From Convolutriloba macropyga (Eukaryota): a DNA stretch of 64,000 nt. The notes below the pieces were generated by a model, which worked only from the letters and a program-made list of their open reading frames with translations, was not told the DNA's origin and did no database searches. Positions 50,935 to 60,860 of this stretch are shown in pieces. The stretch spans positions 62,930,001 to 62,994,000 of the forward strand of contig NC_134475.1 of the NCBI RefSeq assembly GCF_964194025.1, given 5' to 3'. Both the position numbers and the translations under genes were made by a program. How positions within the stretch are numbered: the first letter of the stretch is position 1; every line of letters begins with the position of its first letter.

Positions 50935-51378
50935 TTAATACTTCTGAGCTGGGGTTAAGGTTAGGGTTAGGGATAAGGTTAGGGTTAGGGTTAGGATCTG
51001 AGTTAGAGTTATAGTCATATATAGAACCAGAACCAGAACTAGAGCTAGAACTGGGGTTAGAACCAGAACCAGAACTAGAACTAGAACTAGAACTAGGGTT
51101 AGGACTAGAGTTAGAATTAGGGTTAGAACTAGAACTAGGGTTAGAACTAGAATTAGAATTAGAATTAGAACTAGGGTTGGAACTAGAATTAGAACTAGAA
51201 CTAGATTCATTTTATAAAGAACAACCCCATGGGGAAAATCATTAGCACAAATACCACTTAATTTTATATTACCACACATACATTTATCAGTTTTATCTTT
51301 ATGAAATGATTCATAATTATATTTTAAAACAGCAATGTTTCCACATTTATAGTTACACTCTAAACATTGTAAAAGCAT
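50935..51378 (-). CDS. Hypothetical viral ORF: CxxC...H N-terminus followed by hexamer-repeat sequence
   Basis: MLLQCLECNYKC...; preceded by TAAAAATG. The 3' half is a hexanucleotide array whose true reading frame is uncertain. Confidence 0.4.
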   Translation of the reverse strand: MLLQCLECNYKCGNIAVLKYNYESFHKDKTDKCMCGNIKLSGICANDFPHGVVLYKMNLVLVLILVPTLVLILILILVLTLVLVLTLILTLVLTLVLVLVLVLVLVLTPVLALVLVLVLYMTITLTQILTLTLTLSLTLTLTPAQKY

Positions 51379-51495
51379 TTTTAATAGATAAAATTATCAG
51401 TGAACGAGCTTTGCTCGTGGTTCTCCAACGAACTTTGTTCGTGGTTTACCAAACTGCTCAACGGAGTTGTTTTGCAAATTCGCAGATAATATTAG

Positions 51496-53229
51496 CTATG
51501 CTGTAGAATCGGTGTACAAATTTTGTTGATAATATTTAGCCATGATTTCAATTAAATCTTTAGTATTATCTTTCGATGTGATACACTTTGTTAAATATTT
51601 ATTTCGTAAAGTATTGAGTGTATTAGTCTTACATCTCTTATCTAAAATCAAATCAAGGTCTAAGTCTTTTTTATCTTTAACAAAATTTATAATCTCTTCT
51701 CTAAATTCTTCATCATTTATATATAGTTTGTTTAAAAACCTTCCTCCCTTTCTATTCAAAATTCCCATCACTTCAATGACGAAGTCACAGTTACACTGAT
51801 TAGTATACGAACTTTGTTCGTGGTTTACCAAACTGCTTCCTTGATCAGTATAACTGCTTCCCTGATCTATATATTCCTCTTGGATCATGGAACCTGCTTC
51901 GCAGATCGAAGAATTGGGGTAACCACTTCGTGGATCGGACTTTGTCCATGTTTCACCTTCCAACTCTTCTCCATATTCAACATTAACTAATGTATTTACT
52001 CTACTCAACATTGTACTTGCTCCCATTGCTACAGTTCTAACATTTCTTGATATTGAATCAGGATAAAAACAATTAAATGTAAATAAACCTGTGCCTATAA
52101 TTCCATCAATATTTGATAACATTTTCATACCATTTCCCTTAACCATTTCTTTAGTTAGAACATCATTCTGAATTTTAATATTATTTAAAGTAAGAAGTAT
52201 TTTAAAATAAAACTGATAATTATCATGATTAATAACATTTCTATCTGTTGCATTAACCATTAGTGGTTTCATATACGCTATAAGTTTATTTATATCTTCT
52301 CTTTCTAAATCATTTTTTAAACTAAGAGCTTTTAAATCAAGGAAACCAACTCTTGAAACATATATCATTGCTATTACTACTAATAATAATAAAAGTATTT
52401 TCCTTTTTATTATATTTAATTATACCATAACGAAGTTCATCTGACATTCCATCTGTACAATTATAATAGTTACTTTTCAATTCACTAATTATTTTATTGA
52501 AGTCATGTTCACATTTATCTATCTCATTAAAGTTTTTGAATAGGTCAGGTCCATTATAAGTTGTTAAATGAATACTATCACAACTCATTCTTGCTGTATT
52601 AATTATTTGAGCTGGTTTATGACACATTACAATCATTTGAATATTATAATATCTACCTTCAGTAAAAAATAACCTATATCCTTTTTTAACCTATCACCCA
52701 TATCATCAAGTACTATTACACAATTTTAAAATTTATGCATATTATTTTTTGTGATCATATTTATATCACATTTATTAAACCCAGTATAAAACTTATTAGA
52801 CTCAGGATCTATCCATTCTCTGTCATCTTTGCACACTATAACAATGGACCTTTGATCTTGATCTTGATCAGTGAAACTGCTTCGCAGATCTTGAACTTGA
52901 TCTTGAACTTGAACTTGATCTCGAACTTGATCTTGATCTTGATCTTGAAATTGATCTCGAACTTGATCTTGATCTTGATCTTGATCTTGGTTTTGGACTG
53001 AGTATAACTTTAAATATTGTCTAATAAAATAGGTTTTGCCTGTACCAGTTCTACCATAAACAATAGTATGTAATGGTGACTTTTCATATTCAAAACTAAC
53101 TAGACTCCTATTCATAAATCCACCAAAGCTTTCTTCTAGTTTTGTATATTTACTTGGTCTTGAATCATATATTATATAACAAATTCCAATAATAATAATA
53201 AAAATAAAAACTGCACTACCTGTTTCCAT
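51496..53229 (-). pseudogene. A32/FtsK-like P-loop ATPase with N-terminal TM and long C-terminal extension, broken into three ORFs
   Basis: Walker A GRTGTGKT; Walker B VIVLDD (~52720); FTEGRYYNIQMIVMCH (A32 GRHxN-like). ORFs 52726-53229, 52337-52636 and 51496-52368 abut or overlap. Confidence 0.7.
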
Positions 53230-53313
53230 TTTTATATAATAAATATAGATTCGATTTAGATTTAGATTTAAACATAGACTTAGACTTAGATTTAATAAAT
53301 TTATTATATAAAA

Positions 53314-53905
53314 ATGCTCATACTAATTTTTGAGGAATTCAATAATAAATTTAATATTGATAGTAATGCTATGAGTGATATCAGAATAAAAGATATAGGT
53401 AAAGTTTTAAGTCTAACACCAATTGAGATTGTAATGAGAGATGATAAACCAGAAATGGTAAGTGAACCTAACTCTAACATTATTGTAACTCTACATCCAA
53501 CTGAAGGTACACATTGGGTTTTAGTTATAAGAAGAGAAGGTGGTCCTGTGTATTACTTTGATAGTTTTGGTGTAGAAACTCCACAATTATTCCTAGAGGA
53601 ATATGTTGATCTAGGCTCTAATGAGAGAATTCAACAATATTATGAATCTTATTGTGGGGCTTATTGTTTATACATGATCTATCTTATTGATAGAGGATTT
53701 AGAATTAAAAGTGCTTTGAATATTCTAGTTAATCAATGTAAATATGCAGGAATATATAATGAGTGTTCTTGTTTAAGTTGTAGTAGAGTTGGTGATAAAG
53801 ATAAGGATAATAAAAATGATAAAGTTAATGATCTACGAAGTAGTTTTGCTAATAATGATAATGATAATGTTAATGATAAGGATAATGTCATTGATAATGA
53901 TAATG

Positions 53906-53964
<59 letters not shown>

Positions 53965-54723
53965 TTTATATATCTATTTGATGAAAAATATCAAATGAGT
54001 AAATCTAATAGGAATAGCAATAGTAATAGCATTAGTAATAGTCCTACTAATAATATCCATGAAGCGGTTTCACCGATATCTGTAAACATAAATGATGATC
54101 TATATTTATGGTTAAATGATGATGATATAATTACTGAAGCCGCATTCCCAGATAACTTTAGATGTATAATATCTGGTCCTAGTGAATGTGGTAAGACATT
54201 CTTATTTAAAAAACTAATTCTAGCTAGTATATACTTTGATTAGCTATACATCATTTGACCTACTGGTGATCAGTACCATGATATAGAAAAAATAAACCCA
54301 AAAGCAGATGTTGAATTTATTAAAGATATAAAAGATTTACCATCTCCTGATAAACTACCCAAAGACTTAAAGAAACTAATGATATTTGATGATGTTAGAG
54401 CCAAAGAACCAGTTATTAATGAATACTTTTGTAGAGGTAGACATAATAACTGTAATATGATATATCTTAATCAAAACCTGTTCTCTCTGGATAGGCAGAG
54501 TGTTAGAGAGAACTGTAATCTATTTATTTTATTTGAACAGAGGTAAAGTCCTCATATCTATATATCAAGATTTCTTTAATAATGTTGAACTTAGTTATAA
54601 TGATTTTGCTAATATATGTAATAAGGTATGGAAAGAGCTTTATAATTTTATTGTCACTGATATAACTAAAAATGAAAATATTAATGGTAAGTAAGAATTA
54701 ATTGGGATCGGAGAGTTTTGTAA
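53314..54723 (+). pseudogene. Adenain-like cysteine protease in frame with a second A32-like packaging ATPase (stops at 54241 and ~54256, later frameshift)
   Basis: Protease GTHWV...YYFDSFG...IQ....SYCGAYC; (DN)n linker; Walker A GPSECGKT; LMIFDD; GRHNNCNMIYLNQ; RENCNLFILF. Confidence 0.8.
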
Positions 54724-54737
54724 TTTAGTTTAAGTTT

Positions 54738-54907
54738 AAGTATCAGGAAACCTGCTTCGCAGATAAGTGTAAGTCTAAGTACAAATCTAAGTATCGGGAA
54801 CCTCCTTCGCAGATAAGTCTAAGTACAAATATCAGGGAACCTGCTTCGTAGATAAGTGTAAGTACAAGTATCGGGGAACCTGCTTCGCAGATAAGTGTAA
54901 GTGTAAA
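54738..54907 (+). repeat. Four tandem ~40-50-bp units containing GGAACCTGCTTCGCAGATAAG
   Basis: Direct read; located between convergent genes. Confidence 0.9.
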
Positions 54908-54924
54908 TCAGATCAACGAAGTTG

Positions 54925-55770
54925 TTAACACAGACGTAAAGTAAAACTTAATACATCACCATTAAAGTCCATAGGTCTTCCATGCTCATCTTTAATATGA
55001 AATTCAATATATTCCATTATATCTTTAGTTACATTTTGATACAAGATATTAGTTGGTATAATATTTATCAAGTAACCTGGTGGTTCAGTTAGATTAAAAG
55101 TATATAGTATGTCTGTATCTTTACCATTATCCTTAGCTCCAGATTTCACATCATTACAATGAATGTTAATAGTACTAAAACCCACAATATCATTAATTTT
55201 CTGAGATTTATATCTACTTTTTTTTAAAAAATTTTTTCTAAATCCTAATAATGAGGCTAGTGAGTTTGTTATATCAAAGCTGAGTGCTCCTTGTTTTATT
55301 TCCATTAAACATTTCATCGTATTCTTATCAGGTTCTATAATAACATTATCATCAGTTTCTTCTTTTATTAATTCTGCTATGTCAGTTAACTCATATGCTC
55401 CCGGTGTAATATTTGAATATAGCAACGGGATTCCTTTATAATTATAATTAAGTATAGATGTAATGTTTGGGCTTGAGGTAGAGATAGGGTTAAGGTTAGG
55501 GTCAGAGCTAAGAGCCCGAGGTAGAGCTTCATCATCTTCTATAACAGTACTAGCATATAAGAATTGATTAATTCTCCTATTCGCATTAAACACCGAATTA
55601 AAAACAGATAATCTAATTAAACCTAATTTTATTGTATTAAGTATAGGTTCACTAAAGTTAAACTTTTCTGTTGGTTTTATCATTATAAAGTTAGGTGTAT
55701 ACTCTTCTTTTGTTTTAGTTAAAGCTTCTTGTATATTTTGTAGTTCATATAAAATCAAATTGTCTGTCAT
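54925..55770 (-). CDS. Putative minor capsid (penton-like) protein
   Basis: LASLLGF, INIHCN, ILYTF...PPGY.I...P..I.Y and I.DEHGRPMDFNG...SFTL, the pattern of Polinton minor capsid proteins. Confidence 0.72.
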   Translation of the reverse strand: MTDNLILYELQNIQEALTKTKEEYTPNFIMIKPTEKFNFSEPILNTIKLGLIRLSVFNSVFNANRRINQFLYASTVIEDDEALPRALSSDPNLNPISTSSPNITSILNYNYKGIPLLYSNITPGAYELTDIAELIKEETDDNVIIEPDKNTMKCLMEIKQGALSFDITNSLASLLGFRKNFLKKSRYKSQKINDIVGFSTINIHCNDVKSGAKDNGKDTDILYTFNLTEPPGYLINIIPTNILYQNVTKDIMEYIEFHIKDEHGRPMDFNGDVLSFTLRLC

Positions 55771-55786
55771 TTATTATCTAATAAAT

Positions 55787-56684
55787 ATGGATTTTAATTT
55801 GGATACAACTTATGGTTATAATAATGATATACACAAAAGTAAGATAAGAAAATATAAACCTAATAATCTAGCAACAATGAATACGGTTAATACCAATATT
55901 AATATCATACTCAATAGAGCAGAGAATCACTTAAATTTGCGTGATTCATATCTAGAGATAGAGTTTGTTGTATCAGATGATGCTGGTGGTGTATTTGCTA
56001 ATGATGCTAATATCAGATTAGTTAATTATGGTATAATGGCATTGTTTAGTTCAATTAAGCTTGAAACTAGAGGTGGTAGGACTATTGAATATATAGATCA
56101 TTGTCATCCTAATCTATTGATGTATAAGTTATTAACTAGTACTGATGATGAATATGAGAGTGGTTTTGTTAGAAATCAGTGTAATAGAGACAGTCAACTT
56201 AAAGGTGACCATATTGCTGCACATCGATGATTATATAATGTATATGATGATTAAGATGAGTGATCTGTTTGGTTTCGTAAATGATTTAGAAAAGATTATA
56301 TATGGTTTAGGATTTAAACTAATATTAAAAATGAATAATAATGATAGAGCTCTATATAGAGTTAATGCTGATCCTGGTGCATTTGCCAATGATGGTAATA
56401 TAGAAATTAGAGATATATCATGGTGTGTACCTAGAATTGATCCTAGTAATGATAATAGAATTATTGTGCAGAAAGGATTAAATAAAAAGAATAATGTAGA
56501 CTTTAGTTATTATGAAAGAAAGACATTTTACAAGAATGTACCCAATGCTACTAACTTCTTGTTTGATCTAGGTATGGAAAGTGGTATGGAAAGACCGCAA
56601 TATATAATAGTTGGTTTAGAAAATAATAATGTTAATGAACAAACTCATGATGCAAGTACGTTTGATGTAATGAATCATAGCTAA
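55787..56684 (+). pseudogene. Putative double-jelly-roll major capsid protein, frameshifted (~56225) and 3'-truncated
   Basis: DSYLEIEF, NYGIMALFSSIKL..GG..IE, L.DLFGF..D..KII and ERPQYIIVG; context next to penton, ATPase and protease genes. Confidence 0.75.
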
Positions 56685-57029
56685 AGTTATTAAAAATTGT
56701 AAATCATCGCAATAAAGTGATAATTTAAATTCATTAATAGCACCAACAAATCGTTAAGTTTAAAACTGAGGTAGAATTGCTTTGCTAATCCACAACATAA
56801 AATATATGACCTTTTGCATGACAAAATGAGCGAAGAATGGTTAAATCAGACTGATTAAAAATTAATCATTTAACTTCTCTTTACTGTTTGTAACAATCGT
56901 TTGACTAATGCAATTGCAGGGAGATCATTTGCAGGTGCAATGATTATGTTGACATTTCTAATGTCAATTTTAATTTTATTACCAATTACTTATCTATATT
57001 GTTCTAATCGTGTTTTTCTAGTTATTCAT

Positions 57030-60000
57030 TTTTGTTGTTGTTGTTGTGAATTTACGACTGCTTGTCGAGGGGTCGTTCTGACCCTTGAGTCTTGCTTTCA
57101 AAGAATTGTCCGTAAAATACTGCATCGGTGACAATCGCAACACAGTTGCCGCCACGTGCAGATATTTTGAGAGTTGAACGATTTATTAACAAACTTCCTC
57201 ATCAAGTTTAGTATTCGGTTTTTCAGTCCACGCAGTTCCATAAAAATTATTTCATTGTCGTTTCGGCTTGCTAGTCTGCAATTTGTGAAAACAAATTCAT
57301 TTCGCGCCTTTTCGAGCCTTACTTTTCAGAGCGTGTACAATTCTGTGGATCTTCCTCGAACCTGTTTATTTCAGGTACTTCAATATCGTCTCTTCCTTCT
57401 TGAGTAAGCTTTGAGAGAGTGAGATCCTTCATCTGCATGTACATTGGTAATGGCAAGATATTCAAAAGCCTCAGATGATTCTCGTAGGGCTCGTTTCGTC
57501 CTGTTATCCACCTCACATTTTTCCGCTGTAGTTTTTCAAGATTGCCTAATTCAGATTTTGAGGGCGTGGTACAGTAGCTTCCATATAACAAGACTGGCAG
57601 AACCAGCGATTTGTATAATCCCAGTTTCATGAAGGGCTTTGCGGCATAGGCGACGTTCCTCATCAAATAATGGACTCTGTTTACTTTATTGAGTCTAGCA
57701 TTTATATGAGCCGACCAAGTCAGTTTCTTACTGACGTTTATAGCAAGGTCCTTGACTGCTTGCAGGGAGTTTAAATTTTGATTTAAGAGTTCTGGCCCTT
57801 AAGAGTTCTGGTCAAAATCCTTTTCTGGCCCTCTTATGTTTAGTATTTCACACTTGTCGACTGCAAGTTGCATTTTGTTTGTCGCTGCCCCGTTTTGTAC
57901 TGCATTTATGTCCTCCTGGAATTTGGTGTCACTGTATCCTATTGAGAGAATCTTCAAGTCATCGGCAAACAGGTATGGATTGCTAAACCTTAGGACATCT
58001 GATAGGTAGTTGATGAGTATACAGAACAGAAGGTGTCCAAGAAGAGATCCTTGGTGTACACCAATTGTGATTTCTAAAATCCTGGAGCTTGTGTTATCAG
58101 CTCTGACGAATTGTCTTCTATTGTGGAAATAGTAAACCAAAACTTCGAGGAAGCATCCGTGCACACCAATTTGACCGACTTTGATGAGTAATTATTTATG
58201 CGGTACTTTGTCGAAAGCTTTGAAGAAGTTAGAGTGGAAGGTAACTATATTGTCACTTGTGTTCTTGTCCATTGCCTCGTAAATATTTTTCAGGAAGGAA
58301 AGCATATTTGTAGTTACAGATCTACCTCGAACAAAACCATGCTGATGCTTGCTCAAGTGTTTTTCAAAGTGTTCATATAGTCGCTCGTACATCCAATTTT
58401 CGAAAAATTTACTGTCGATATTCAGTAGAGAAACCGGACGATAATTCGTGACCAGCTTCCTGTCGCTTTTATAAATAGGGGTGACTGATGCAATTTTCCC
58501 TTGGTCGGGAATTTTTCTCAAGCGCTTTTTGTTCTTAAAGACTAGGTATAAGACATCAGTCATTGGTTTCACTGTTTTTTGGTAGAAGATAGGGGGGTAC
58601 CCGTTTGGTGGGCATCTGGTCTTAGTGATGTCGAGCTCCGATTGTAATCGATTAATTTTTTTGCTTTGATATACCGAAGTTTGTTAAAGTCGGGTTCATA
58701 GAATTGATGTCTTCTATGCTAAAGGAATGTTTAGGAGTGTAGACAGAATGAGAGAAGTTGTTTAATAGGTTCACTTTATCTTCAATGTTGGATGCTGATC
58801 TTCCACCTTTGGTTAGAACTTTTGGGAGGTTTGGTGACTTATTAAGACTTTCGAGATGTTTGAAGATCACATTTGTGTCTCTGGTTCTCATTATTTTGTC
58901 TTGACAATTACACCGATCTATTTCTGCGGCCTCTGTCACAACGTTTTGAAATTTCCTTACAATGTTTTTGCGATATGACGTTGGTTTGTTCGCTACTAGT
59001 TTACGGTGAGTGTTCAACTTCTTCATCAAATTGGACGTACTTGGTGTAATCCAAGGTGGTAGAGATTGCCTATGCCTGGTCCTATAGGGAATCGTTGCTT
59101 GTGCTACCTTGTAGAAAAAGTCGTACATCTCTTCGCACATGTTGTTTATGTTTGTATGTTGGTGTAACACACTGGTTTGAAGTCAGCAATTTTGATCATT
59201 TCGCCTACTTCCGAGTAATCGGCTCTTCCAAAACTTCGAAAAGTTCTCAAAGTTGGTTTCATTTCTGTATGAGGGCACTCAACTAGAAGACTGATTGCCT
59301 TTTGATCTGAGCAGTTAAATGTTCTTGTGAATTCTTTGTCAAGAGCGGAGTGCATGTAACAATTTCGATTGAAAGCAACGTCCAGTATGTTGTTTTCGCG
59401 GGTGTTAAAACCAACATTTTGAAGAAAATAGTTGTTTCCAAAGAGTTCTTGTACTTGCTGTTCGTCAATGTCCTCACTTGAGAAGTTTTGCCAGTTTGTG
59501 TTCGGAAAGTTAAGATCTCCACAGATTATTGCTGTGCTGTTTTTTGGTAGGGCTGACAGAAGTGCTCCAAAGTCCTCTTGTTTATATCTGTACCAACTTC
59601 CTTTCGGGGGTTGTAGAACACAGAAACAAAAAAACTGAGTTTGTTAATTTCTAGTCTGCAGGTGAGTGAACAGTCGTGTTGGTCAGTAATAAGTTGTTTA
59701 GATGCTAGGATATTTTTGATGGCGATCTTTGCCCCTCCGTAAGTGCTGTTTTCCGCATCTTGTTTTCTGTCTGATCTATATATGGTGTAGTTGTCTAAGA
59801 GTAGTTCAGATGATGAAATTTTTTCGTTTTACCATGTTTCGCAAGCACAATTAATGTTATAGTCATTGAGCATTACTGCATTAGCAAAGTTCGATCTTTT
59901 TTCCAGGCTTGCTAGGCTTCTTGTATTGATTAGAAGAATTTTGATGAAACTTGGTCACCGTCCTTCATGGTTATCTCCTAGATCTACTTTTTGCCATCAT

Positions 60001-60860
60001 TGAACAACTCGAGGTTTCAGTTTCAGTTTATCGCGGGGAATATTTTCCTCAGGTAGTTCTCTTCGTTTTTTGAGACACAAATTATCTTTGATTGCGTCTT
60101 TTTTTGACAAGGCTGGTAAATTGAACACATCTTTCTCAGTTAGAACGGTTCGTTTTTCTTGAAACTCTTTCGCTAAAACTAATCTGGAATCGTTCAGTCG
60201 GAAGCGTCAGAAGTAGTGTCCGTGTTTTTTCCTGGTGTTGCTGAATTTACCCAGTCGTTTTAGCTCCGTTATTTGGGTTGTGACTCCTATTCGGTTTAAC
60301 ACATCGTTAAATTCATTCGTAGTGGGGAGAAAATTCTTGGCTTTAGCTTTGTCGGGGTCTTCTGGAAACCCTTGTATTCGAATGTTTTTTCTCATATTGT
60401 GATCCAAATCAAGCGGCTCTTTGGAGTGTGCTTTGGATGTAGCAACTACCTTTCTTGGCTGGACTGCAACAGCCGCCGCATAGCTCTTATCTACTTTTTT
60501 GCATGTAGTTTTAATGGCATTATTCACTATTGTATCAACGACTGCTGTTATTCTCTCTTCCATTGTCTGCAATTTTTTGTTGATCTCCTGCGTTTCTGTT
60601 TCAATCTTTTCATTCATCTTGTCAATTGTTCGACATTTTATAAAGTTGTCTTTTTCATTATTATTCAGACATTTTACACCGAGAAGCATTGCCAGTTGAA
60701 CCTCTTCTTTGAGACCATTAACTGCAACTTGCGTAAGTCCAGTACAACTTGGCTCAAAGTGCCTGTGAACATTAGAGGCGACGCATATGTATCTTGGCGA
60801 TGTTTGATTTATCACTTTTTTTCACGTATTGCAACTTTTTGTCATTGTTAAGGAGGGAAA
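57030..60860 (-). mobile_element. Near full-length degenerate LINE (CR1/L2-like) with Cys-rich ORF1 N-terminus
   Basis: ORF1 60815-~59950; APE INTRSL, CETW, YRSDR and CGDLNFP; RT NYRPVSLL, QHGF, KAFDKV and YLFADDLK; C-terminal CDCHRC; (CAA)n tail at ~57033-57046. Confidence 0.9.

Larger units (their letters stand above)
50170..56684. mobile_element. Endogenous Polinton/adintovirus-like DNA virus fragment (morphogenesis module); no polymerase or integrase in the window
   Basis: Very AT-rich, dense intronless ORFs: two A32-like ATPases, adenain-like protease, penton-like and double-jelly-roll-like capsid genes. Confidence 0.85.

Noticed and set aside
53789-53998. Met/Ile-repeat ORF (also the Leu/Ile-repeat ORF 52735-53001)
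   Set aside because: Alternative-frame readings of hexamer microsatellites.
54738-54907. CRISPR-like repeat array
   Set aside because: The spacers are themselves repetitive hexamers, there are no cas genes, and the context is eukaryotic.
56685-57030. Idea that the LINE directly split the capsid gene
   Set aside because: The LINE tail is at ~57035, ~350 bp from the MCP break, and the capsid does not resume after 60860.
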